Source: Zygnema circumcarinatum SAG 698-1b (Eukaryota; Plantae; Zygnematophyceae). From it: a DNA stretch of 64,000 nt. A program made the position numbers and the translations under genes. Positions 33,545 through 45,500 of this stretch are shown in pieces. The notes below the pieces were generated by a model that was given only the letters and a program-made list of their open reading frames with translations, did not search any database and was not told the DNA's origin. Location of the stretch: assembly GCA_037447605.1 (NCBI GenBank), contig CM074808.1, positions 1,736,001 to 1,800,000 on the forward strand. Reading direction: 5' to 3'. Position 1 is the stretch's first letter; each line of letters opens with the position of its first letter.

Positions 33545-33720
33545 TCAATGGTTGCCAACCATTGGATCACTGGTTCCGAACCAGTCGAATGGTTGTTTCA
33601 GTCCTGCGCCACTGGTTCCAAACCAGTCGAATGGTTGTTTCGATCCGGCGGCACTGGTTGGCAACCAGTCGAATGGTTGTTTCGGTCCGCAACCACTGGT
33701 TGCCAACCAGTCGACTGGTT
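33545..33720. repeat. 42-bp hairpin minisatellite, array 2
   Basis: Units at 33568, 33610, 33652, 33694, same family as array 1. Confidence 0.92.
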
Positions 33721-34468
33721 TGTCTAATGGTCTGATCTGTGATACACCACTGCGTAATAATATCCATCTCTACTCGTCAGTCACTGCCGTACGGCGGCAT
33801 CGTTATTGGCCAAAATCTCGTCACGTCACATTATTCCAACCAATGGCGCGGGCCCAATCCCGCGTCTCCGTACGGACTTCGCTGACTGGACTGGTCCTTT
33901 TCTTGTTACTGTACTGCCCTTGTACGGACCAACACTGCTCGCTGTGTGTACGGTCGTGTACTTTTATGTACGAATAGATATGCTGGATGTACGGTCCGTG
34001 CTGTACGGCCATTCGGTCGGCCCTGATGGCGACGGCGCCGGCATGCAGGGACAAGCAGCCATGGCGCCGCGCCGCCTGGTGGTCCCGCCGTGGCCGCCAC
34101 CGGCCGACGTGGCCACCCCTCGGCGCACCGTTAGCCTTGGAGGGAGGCTGCTGCGGATTCTTCCAAAGACCGGACATGGCATGGCATGGCATGGTGGCAT
34201 GGCATGGCAGGTGGACCGAGATGAGGGTGTGAAGTAGTCCAAGATGGGAGAGCGAGGGGGGGGAGAGAGAGGGTGAGAGAGGGGGTTTAGGATCGTTATT
34301 ATCGGACTTGATTAAATGATATTGATTAAGTTTGGATTTTTAGGTTCTTGAGGGTCATGAGTGATGTTGGAGCAGTTTAGACGCTTGTCAGGCTTTATGT
34401 ATCTGGAGGATTGGTTTGGAACTTTCGAGTTAATGAGTTTCTTTTAGACCGCGGAGGATCGATTAGGG

Positions 34469-37400
34469 ATGGGAGCTGCGCATTCAGCAGCGAAGATAAG
34501 TAGCATCCTCCACGGGAACGCGGGTTCTGATTCGAATGATGAATCCACATGTCTGTCAAGAGACTGCAGTAGAGAAAATCAGGTAAAAAAATGGATTTTT
34601 TCCAGCAGACAAAAAACTGGCACTTCTATGAGGGAACCCGCATGTTATGTCGTAGGATTTTCTTTTTATTTTCCTAGTAAACAACCTGAAAAATCTCCTT
34701 TATTCTTTCATTGTAACCCGATCCCCTCTAGGCATTTGGCTCCCTCAAGCATTGCAAACTGCAAACTTGGCTCTGAGGAAAGGACAGTTCACCTTTTTTT
34801 GGCCCATCTCTCGTATTGCCATCTTTCTAAACATTGGAATTTTGAATGCAATGCGAAGTAGAAGATGGCAGATTCTGAGGCTTGATTTTTTTCGTCAATA
34901 ACCCTTTGGTCACCTGTGTCTTGAAAATGTCTCACGTTTTTATGATGGTGAAATCGAGGTTCTTTTTATGTGGACAGTGCATTGACGGGCAGGATTGATA
35001 GCTGTGTGGTCAGTTATTTAAGAAAAACGAAACATTGACACACATGTACTCTATGCGTTTGTTCTATTACGTTTATACATGCGATCGGTTGCCCTGAACA
35101 GCTTTGGCAAGTCCCCTTCACGCTCCGGCAAAGTGGCACTACTGTTGAAAGTCTGGGCCATGTACAGTCTGATTCTTCCAGCGAGTCTTTCCCTACTTCC
35201 CAGGTTTGTTGCAAAGGGATACTCCGTTCGTCAGATTCTTTGGCAGAAGCACCCGGCATTAGTAACTCAGCATTGAGCTTTTCGAGAAATTAGAAATGTA
35301 GGAGCGAAGGTTTGGTGTTTACATTTCAGTTGTCCGAGTGTTGAACGTTGGTGTTCATCCAAGCATTTCATAGGCAAACGGCAATTGTGGCAAACATATG
35401 CACCTACCACCATGTATTGGTGTTGAATCATTTCAATCTCAAGCAAGGGGCTTTCTGTATGGGTAGTGGAACTAATTGTATCCAAGTACTTACTGCTGTT
35501 TCTTTTCCACCTGTTAAAAATGTGCAACGAAGTAGGACGGAGCCCGTTGTCCTCTGTATCCCGTTGGCTACAGGTACATTCCGACAAAGCCTGCTTTATG
35601 CATCACTTATCTATTCTATCCAAATAAAGCAATAGTGAGCTCCATTCAGTACATTCGGCGGATTGCCAAGTTATCACCTTACATCACTAATGGCAAACAT
35701 GTACTGCGTCTATGAAGGGCTCGGAGAAACTATGTTCGACGGGAATGGGAGCTCGAAGTCTCGTGCACTGACAATGGTCAACTTTTGTTTGTGGCGAGTT
35801 TTTTCCCGGCTCTTCCCATTGTAGTCCTGCTTTCTGTTTTGCATGCACTGGTGGGGTCAATTAGACAGTCGTGAGCTGATCATCCCTGCGGACAAGCGCA
35901 GTCCTGACAAGGTTCATTAAGTGTTGCAGAAGTCCATTTCGCAGGTTTTCTGGTGAAATCATCTGTCACCCCTGCAGATGTTACTGCTGTAGAAGACTTG
36001 GAAAAGTTGTTCAAAGAGTCAATGAGCTAGAGGGCACGCTTGACTTTATCCTGCATTCTATTGGCATGAGCCCGAACGTCAGAAAAAATAAATCTTACGG
36101 CGATTTGAATTATGATTGGTTTCTTAAAACCTTGGATGTATCTGCGTTGTCGTTTCATAAAGTCATGCAATCAGCAAAAAAATTAGTTGCAATGAACGAC
36201 TGGGGATCTATTCATGTGGCTTAACTTCAGTCAATGCAATGCCTTCTCAGGCCCTGGCTGCTTATATTCCTTCCTTCCCCTGAATCAACTTGCAGATTCT
36301 TTGGGTCGAAGATGCCTGCCTTCTTCATTACATCGGTCCATTTGAGGGATTCAAAATGATTGCCTCAAGCTGAGACTGCCATGTGCTCGCCTTGGAACAA
36401 TATGGCAGGTGACTGGAGAAGGAAAGGAGAGATACGAGGGGGCTACTCCCACTGCTCCGTGGGCACTTCTTGCTCTCCACCATCGGCATTCGACCGTTCT
36501 GAATGGGCCGCAGGTGAGGAAGTCACTTGAGATGCTGCAGCCACTTGAAACTGCATAGCAACCCACTCAGGAACATGAAAGGAGAAAAGACTCACTTTTC
36601 GTTTTAGTGTCATGCTGAGTTCACAAGGAAAAGCCCTCTCTCAGCATCAGTTTCTCGCCACCTGACAGGCGTTTGGCTTCACCGACCCGGCTCTCCGTCG
36701 CCTGCTTCGACAGCTTCACTGCGCTGACCCATTGAACCTGCCAGATACATTTGGTACGTTTTTCAAGATACAGTATTTTCTGCATAAGTTCGTGAGTACT
36801 TTGTACTTGATGAACTGATTGAATGCAGTTTTCGCATTTTCGCTCCTGGGCTTGTGCCCCCCCTTTCGGAACTGATTTTTCTGTATCATTTTCTCCTCCA
36901 ATTACGAAAGGTAAAAGTCGAGAGTCTCATGTTGGCTCCACCTCTTTCTGTGGGTGAATAAGGGCAGTTCCACGACAGCCCTTTCGACTGTTCTTGACTT
37001 CGCCAGCATCCCCCACCCAGGCAGAGACCCCCCCACCCCTTTCCTCTGCCAGAAGCGCATCTGCTGCCTCTCAGAGCGCGTTAGAGGGTGGAGCCCATCC
37101 CGTGCGGCAATCTGAATGCAGCGAAGTTCCTAGGGCGCAAGTTTCGGCACTAGTAACAAACAACAGTGGGGCACCCTCTACATCTCATCACCTCTTCACT
37201 GCTCCCAAAAGGAGGCGAGTGTGCAGCGGTCAGGCAGCCACTGGAGCACCTGCAAGTCCGACCATCTTGGGGAAGGGGAAGGAGCAGTCTTATACTCCAG
37301 CAGCTGCGGCAAACGGATCCGTGTCTCCCGGGCGTAAGGCACAGAAGGCTGCCCGTGACCGGCAGCGAAGGGCAGAGAGGAAGGCTGCGCAGGCAGCAGC

Positions 37401-38600
37401 TAATCTGCTTCTCACTGCGCGGGCTGGAAACCAACCCAGCCATCACGAGCGCAGAAATGAAACCCCTGCGGAGAAAGTCTTGACCTGAGAGCCACAAGCA
37501 ATGGACTGCTGCCAGCATGGTGTCTCTTCGCTTCCTCTGCTTTTGGGAGCAAGCATCCTTCCGGTGCTGAAGTGCCCCAGCTTTTTGAAGGAGCCGCTTC
37601 TGACTCGAACGGCAATGTGGCCTCTTCCAAAGGAATATGGCCCCTAGTCAACGTGTGTAACACAACTGCATGCAGTATTGAAGTTGCCTTTTGATAAACT
37701 TTTGATAAAGTGCAGTACATTGAAGCAGTCGTGATCTGCACGAATGGATGGGTAACCACAAAAGGTGTTGCTTTGAAACTCGTAACACGAAGGGACGAAG
37801 TGGTGATGTCCAGGGTTTCTTTTTGTTTTTTTTAAGTTTCCAGGCAATTGAGAGATCATTTTCATTTGCGAACGACTGCATACATTATGCGGCCTGCGGC
37901 CTCAAACAAGTATGCGAGAGAACACAATCACATAAAGGGCAAAGCAACCATTATTATACTATTATACCGTTTGCATCTTCCTTGCATTACGAAAGGTGAC
38001 AAATTCAGCCCCTGCATCACCACACGCCGATTGGCCCAATCGGTGCATCTGCAGCTCCTCTTTATCGGCCAGCTTCCCACTTCCCAGCGAGAGAGCATCA
38101 TCCTGCTGGAAAGCAAAGCGATATTGGTGAGGCAGATAGGCATCGCAAGCGCAGCAGGTCGGCCACAGGAGCTCTGCGATTCCTGACTCACACATCTGCC
38201 GAGGGAGAGATTCAAACCTCAGCGCGCGTCGCTCGCACGCCTGCTTTCGAAGTGCAGACGAAGGAAAGGGTCGCAGACTCGACGATGTGCAGTCAGTCGG
38301 CTGTGATATGTTTTGCAATAGTGGCACCGACCGCGCTATTGCAAGTCTACTGCTCAGAAGGTTGTAACGTGAAGTTTGTCACAGGAGGGAGGGTATAACC
38401 GATAGCTCTGCTCCTCGCACTGGCGACTCATAAGAGCTTCCGAAAAAGTATTGAATTCAACGCCTTTTTTCAGCATTCTGCGTTCAGTTTAGTATGCTGT
38501 CGGGTCTCGTCAAGGCCATGAGAGCAGAAGGCGAGAACCTGCCGCAGTCCGATGCAAAAAAAGTAGATTCTTACGAAAAGAGAGCTGGCGTCCAGCGTCA
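34469..38600 (+). pseudogene. Unresolved decayed gene or TE relic
   Basis: Basic low-complexity ORF 36994-37488 (PKRRRV, RKAQKAARDRQRRAERK) continues after a frameshift into LFASSAFGSKHP..LFEG...IEVAF**TFDKVQYIEAVVI, with in-frame stops and plausible splice sites. No family confidently recognised. Confidence 0.3.
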
Positions 38601-38613
38601 AGAACAAGGTAAT

Positions 38614-39045
38614 TAGGGTTGGGGGCACGGGGGCACGGGCATGCCCGGGGGGTGGGCATGCCCCCCATTTTTTACCGTCCGTGCCCGGGGCACGCCTCCA
38701 AAAATTTTCCCCATATATTTCGTGCCCCCCCGTGCCCCCTTGTCACGTGACGCTTACCTCGTACGACCGGGCCCGGGCCGGTGACGATTGTTGTGTTGAG
38801 TACTGTCCGTACTTTTCATATTTCCGTACATTTGTACCTTGATCCGTACATTTAGTACATTCATCTGTACTTTTCGTACCTTCATCCGTACCGATTTTAA
38901 AATATTATATTCTTTTTGGGGCCGATTTGAATTGCTCAATGCAGTCACGTCACGGGGCACGAAAAAGGGGCATGCCCCCCCCCCCTTGGGGGGGGGGCAC
39001 GTGCCCCTGGGCACGGGTCGGAGTGGGACCGTGCCCCCAATCCTA
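38614..39045. mobile_element. hAT-type MITE, 432 bp
   Basis: 17-bp TIRs TAGGGTTGGGGGCACGG and TAGGATTGGGGGCACGG (reverse complement of the right end). Perfect 8-bp TSD AAGGTAAT at 38606-38613 and 39046-39053. Confidence 0.92.
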
Positions 39046-39568
39046 AAGGTAATGCTGAGTCTAATGCTCGTTGATAAGTTTTGGAGTGAAAAGATACTCT
39101 GGTCGGAAAGCTGAATTCTATACATGCTTGATGCCTTGGGTCGAACAAGAGGTGTCTCGGGCGACGACGGTGGCCAGTACTTGACGCATCTTTAATACAG
39201 GCACAAAATAACATAACAGCAAATCTGCAGAACACAAACAGTAGAAAACGACCACTTGGTAAAAGAGCCATATCAAGGCAAGGATTCTCTTGCGGGTGGC
39301 AGACCCCTTATATGGCCTTCTAGCGCAAGTACTCTTCAAAAGGAAAACCCTAATGTCCCGTGTTCTTTTCCGAAGGATCCGTTTTGTATATTTTCCGCCT
39401 TCAGCTGTGCCTCGGGGGGGACATACATGCAGACGACGGCCAGAGAAGCACGCAAACATACAGACCATGACTGGTGGTGCGGTGACGTAACGTGTCGGTT
39501 GCATGTTTAATACCACTCTGTTTTCCTGGAGTGCATTTACGGGAGACGGCCAGCGTTAGCCTGCTGTA

Positions 39569-42500
39569 ATGGCTGATCCCAAGAGAGTTCATTTGGAGAG
39601 GTCTGTGATCTGGTCAGCGCCATCAAAGGAGAAACAAGCGGAGTCGAAAGGGTTGAAGGGATTGGTTTCTTACACAGCTCAGCATCAGCATAGTGGAAGG
39701 GATGAAACGGAGAGCAAACAGAGCGAGGCGTGCACATGGAACTTCGGAGAGTTTGGAAAGTAAGTCGGTTTGGTCAAGACTGGACTTGAAGTTTTCAATT
39801 TACTGCACCCAACCCAATTTTACTCAATTATACTTGTAACAACCAGTACGGGTAAAGTCTCGCTACTTAAAAGTAGAGCTGAACTTCAGTCTTGTGGAAT
39901 TCGTTTTGTCAAGTAAAACAGGCTTAAACATTGGCCATACTTAATCAGACGAGATCAGGACTCGCTAGTTAGAAATCTGAAGCTTCTACTTTAGTTAATG
40001 AGATTAAATAGTTAACATGATAAAAGCAAATGATTGGAGCCCAAGAATGAGTGGAAGATTACAGAGGCTGCTCCTTTACACGCAGATCGTTAGAAACAAG
40101 ACGAGAGCACATTTCTCTGCTTGTCATTCTTAGGCGCCTCCATGGGTTTAATCTGCAGAAACTAGTTGAAGCTGTTCTTCTGCAAACATGAAAATGAACA
40201 ACAAATAACCTTTACCGAAGCTCCTCCATCCTCTATTTCCTGACCACTTGTCAGCTAATTTGAACTCGTGACTTTTTCATCACCAATGTTGAATGATGAA
40301 GTAAAGGTGCCTTATGGTTGCATTGGATGGTTTTCTCTCAGGTACATGAACGAGAAGACGAGAAAACTTCGCGAGCAGTTTCAGTCAGACGCTACGGAGA
40401 GGCTGTTTCAGTGAGTGGTTTTTTTTTTGCTTCTTTTTGTACCAGCTTTTCTTTCTCGAAAAAATGATTAATGAAACATTTGAGACTGAATGTTGGCAGA
40501 TTTTCCATATTTACCTCTTCACCCATAACAAAAAGGATATTTCCATGTTCAGTGTTCGTGTTCAAGTCTGTGCTGTGTCATTCCTATTTTCTAAAAAAGA
40601 AAACGCCTTGCTACTTAATCAGCAGTCGTGTCAGCCTTCACTCATTTGTCCCTCTTGTATTGCTCAAGGTTTTTAGGGTTAGTCTTATTGTCAATGCCAC
40701 GGGATGCATTCGCAGGCCTCCAAAAGTCCATAGAGCCGACGAGAGTTTGAAGACTGTCTCCTTGGACGGTCTCAATAATATTTTTGAAGGGGTCACCATA
40801 TGGGTGAATGGATACACCACTCCCCCTCATCAGGTACAACTCTCTGCTTCGTTATCAATACACCTCACATGAACTTCGTGAGGACCTGTAGCCCAACCAC
40901 ATCTACTTCTTCAATGTTCTGGTTCGTTGAGAAGAGAGATATAGTTTTCCTCATTGTCTGGCACTATTCACTGGACGAGCGTCGTTCTATTCCAATCTGT
41001 TTTATTGTTTATTTTCTTTGGAATTTTAGGCTGGTAATTTCTGCTTTTTAAAGGTATCCCGAACAAATTGTGGCAGGAGCTCCGACGCCTCATGTTGGCA
41101 CATGGAGGCATCTTTGAAAATTATTACAGCAACTCACGGGTGACGCATATCATCTGCGAACATCTTCCTGACGGAAAATACCTCGACTATAGGTTTGCTC
41201 CATGCAGCTCATAATACAACCCTTTTAAGAATGGTTAGAGGTTATGTATGATTTTCTTGTTGAGATCTGAGGAGTCGACTGACAGATCTTAAACTCGAGA
41301 ACAGCAACGTTATTATGCAATAGTGTGCACAGAGGACGACTTTAAAGAGTTCCCAAGGTGGGCCAACGCCTCCGGTTATGAAATTGTTGTTTGCAATTAA
41401 TGTAGTGCAAGCTTAACCAAAATGTCCAAACCAAAGCATCTCATTGAAAAGAAAGAATCTGGAATGTATGGGAGTGATTCAGCATTTACAATCAACTGTA
41501 GGTGAACGGACTAGCGTGGAAGATGGGGAACGTCCAAATTTTCGCTTTTGTGGATTTCGAATTTCAGGATGTAAGCTTTTGAATCTGGGTTGCAGGCACA
41601 AGAAAAAACTTCCTCCCATCTTGAAGCCTCAATGGGTGACCGACTCCATCAAGGCGGGGAGACTGCTGCCAGGTGGCGCTTTGCTACTCGCTGTCTTCTC
41701 GTTGTCGTTTCTTTTACCTTTTGCTTCCGCTCCGTTCCAAGGACTCTGTTTGACGGATCTCCTCTACCTCTTTCTTTCTCGTTCCTTTTTTCAAACTCCG
41801 GTGATGGAAATTATTACTTTTTTTTGGGTGCTTTAGCGTTTATCCGTGACTTGCCGGGAGGTTTGCACTCCGTCGAGCTTGTTAGCAATTACTTTAGTAA
41901 GCTGCGACGATAAGACCTGCATTCTGTTGTTGATGGGAGGAGTTCGGCATGTGATGGCGGCTGCAGTCGATCATTACAAGCTGCTCCGCTTAGCCTACGA
42001 CCATCCCGGGCAAAGTACTCTCGATCCGACCTTAAAGAAATCTCCGGCTCATTACGCTTTGGAAGGCTCACGTGGAGGCAGTTCAAGGAAAGGTAATTCG
42101 CAGGGAGACTTGGAAACCGAAAAGGAAGTTATGGAAAGAATTGCTGCGCCGGATGAGGGGGAAAGTATGATGGCCACAAGGGAAGCAGAGGAAGGGGGGT
42201 TCAGCAAACCAAGGCCAGATGCAGTGAATTTTGTGGAGTGCGGCTACCTTCATATGAATCCAAACAGTGATGGGAAGAGTGCGAAAGGGGGGCTTTGCCA
42301 TGAAGAGTTAGTGCAGTCTGACAACTTAGCATGTGGACCTATCGGAGTCAACCTAGAGAGGAAACAAGATCTTTCTGACATGAGAAGATGGGCCATTGAA
42401 GATCAAGCGGGAATGTCAATGGAAGTCGCAGTGGAAAGAAGTAATGGTCCAGCTGCAAAGGGCACACCCATGGCAGAGTCTGTCAATGGGGACCAAAGAG

Positions 42501-45500
42501 CTGGACAAGCCCTGATTTTGGATGAAGATGAGGGAAGACATGGCGATGGAGATGAGACGAATAATGTGGAGAAGGAGGGGAGAGGCGATGTGCAGAGGGG
42601 GTCAGCCACGAGTCCCAGTAAGGTGGTCCCTGCTCGCTCTCACTCCACCAAGGGAGATCCAAACTTTATACAGAACTACTACAAGGCAAGTGCTGCACTT
42701 CAACCGCCATTGTCACCTCAAAATCATGTCATCCTGTTTGCAGATCTTAGTGTTTTACCATATCCTCGACGTGTCTGCCGGCCGTACAAGCTAATAAACC
42801 CATTTCTGATGTTCCCTGCAGCATTCCCGCCTTCATTTCATAGGCACATGGCGGAACCGCTACCAGGCAGCCCATGGGTCGGCAGGTCCCCTGCCTTTTC
42901 CAGAATCTCTCAGAGAGGGGGAGAGGGAAATGCACGGCAGCCATGGCCGCAGTGGTGAGCAGCCCCCAGTGCCAAAGGTTGGCTCGGCGGAGCGGACCAT
43001 TCTTCATATTGACATGGACTGCTTCTTTGTGTCGGTCGTTGTACGCAATCGACCCGAGCTCGTGAATGAATCCGTGGCAGTGTGCCACTCAGACAGCTCG
43101 AGAGGGACGGCAGAGATTTCGTCAGCCAACTATGTGGCCAGAAAGTTTGGAGTAAAGGCGGGGATGTTTATGCGGGAGGCTAAGTCGCGATGTCCAAACC
43201 TTGTTGTTCTTCCGTATGACTTCGAGGCATATCAAGAAGTAGCAGATCAAGTGAGTGAGAGCGCATGTGGAGAAAAGCAAAGTAGCTGTGTGGTCTGGAC
43301 TAAGTCTCCTCTGCTGTTTCTATGCAGTCAGAGCCTTTCCCATTTTTCTCTGCTTCATGAAAGTGCATTGTGCAGTCTAAGTTGTTTTCGTTTAACGGTC
43401 TTGTTGACACCAACTCGTAAATTTAGGTAAGAGGCATCCTCAGAATGCAAATGCAATCCAAATCAGATTTTGGCGAATCTTTCAGCGAGAATGTGGTTTT
43501 CTCTTCCGTCTGCTGCACCCAGGTGTACTCTATTCTCCACCGTCACAGCAGCGTTGTGCAGGCCCTCAGCTGCGACGAGGCATTTCTTGATATCACCGGC
43601 TTGGGAGATGCAAACGAAATCGCTCTCTCCATCAGAAAAGAAATTTTCCAAACGACCCGCTGCACTGCAAGTGCTGGGATCGGCCCCAACCTGCTTCTCG
43701 CCCGCCTTGCCACCCGCAGAGCAAAACCTGACGGCCAACTTCAGGTGTCACTCGCTCAGGTGAGACAGAATCACCACTTTCATCATTTTTTTTTTTTTAG
43801 TTATTGACAAATATCCTGTCTGTTTGCTGCAAGTTACGCATCCACGACCAGCATATGCCAAATTTTTTTTTTTTTTTCCCTCTGCTCTTTCACCCACAGG
43901 CTTCCGAGTTTGTAGCAGACCTGCCGGTTGCAGACCTGCATGGGGTCGGCTGGGCACTTCGTGACAGACTGCACTCCAAGGGAGTGAAAACCTGTGCAGA
44001 TTTGCTGCAGCTCTCACTTGAAACCCTTCAACGCGAGTTTGGGGAGAAAACAGGAGACATGCTGCACTCGTACGCGCGGGGGAGAGACTCGCGGTCCGTG
44101 CAATCTGCGCAGGAGAGGAAGTCTATTGGAGCAGAGGTCAACTGGGGAGTGAGATTTTCAAACGATGGCGATGCACAGACCTTTCTGCAGGGACTTGTAG
44201 AGGAAGTTTGTCGGCGTCTCTCAGCTGCGCGAGTGAAGGGGCGGACCCTCTGTCTTAAAGCAAAGAAGCGGAAAGCTGATGCTCCCAAGGAGCCGGCCAA
44301 GTTCATGGGTTGTGGGGCATGTGATAATTTGAGCCGCTCTGCGAATCTTGGTGCTGCGACAGATGACCCCTTAGTGTTGTTGAAGGTAAGCAGGAGGCTG
44401 TATGCAGCTCTGCAGCTGAACCCTTTGGAAGTGAGGGGGGTGGGCCTGCAAGTGACAAGGCTTGATTCTTCCTTGGGCGGAGGAAGGAGTGGTTTTGCTG
44501 GAGGGGGCTCCTTGCAGGGCCGCCTCTCCGCACCTTGGGGTTCAGGGGAGCAAAGGGGGAGAGCTGGGAGGGCTGAGGGAGGGGATGTGGGTGGTGATCC
44601 GCATTCAGAAGCAGAGGAAGCTGAAACGGTTATGAACTCTGAGCAGCAGCCGGAGCTGGGAGGAGGAGTGGAACATGAGGAGTTAGAGGTCAGGGAGGCA
44701 GTGAAGAGGCGTGAGGAGGGTCTGGGGGTGAGGAGTGTGGAGGTCATTCAAGGAGAGGAGGGGAAAGAGGAAGTGGAAGGGAGGGGCATGGGGTTCAGGG
44801 AGCAAACAAAAGGGGAGCGATTGACAGAAGGAGGAAATTTTCAGAGGGAGGGAGATGCACGAGAGGAAAGCTTGCAGGTGAAGGATAAAGCCGTAATCCA
44901 GGCCCCCTTCCTGCCTGCGGAGGGAGTATCGGGGGAAGCAGGTCCAAGTATGCAGCAGCGGGTTAAAGAGTCTCACGGACTACCGTCCGTTTCTCAGCTT
45001 GATCCAACGGTCCTTGCAGAGTTGCCTGAGCAGATCATTGCGGAGTTAAAAGCAGCTTACGACGCAGACTGGGGTTCGGATCAATGGAACCTTCGAAAGC
45101 AAGAGGTCGTAGGGAGATGTGAAATGAAGAGGCATTGTGAAAACCTTGAAGGTATGAGAAATGGTGGGGAGACGGAGAGGGAGGAAGAGGAGGCTTTGCC
45201 TCATCAACTCATGCCAAACGGCTCTATGATTAACCCGAAGGATAGTGAGGGGACGGTGTGCTTGGATGTCGCACTAGCGAATGGCAGTAGGCAAACAGAA
45301 ATGGATAGGGGGAACCGTGATATTACCGAACACGCAAGCGTGGAAGTTCTCCCACCAGCTTCTCAGGTAAAGTGGTGAACCTCGGAACATACTTTTGAAC
45401 ATACATATGCTGAAGAAGTGCTCGATGTCTGGCAGTTTCTGAGAGGGGACGAAAGCTCTGTCGAGAAGAGGGAAAGATGAGGTGTGTACTCAGGTCTCCT

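Noticed and set aside
33040-33720. CRISPR-like array (hairpin repeat plus variable segment)
   Set aside because: Variable parts are only about 10-12 bp and recur between units, there are no cas genes, and the context is eukaryotic. Treated as a minisatellite.
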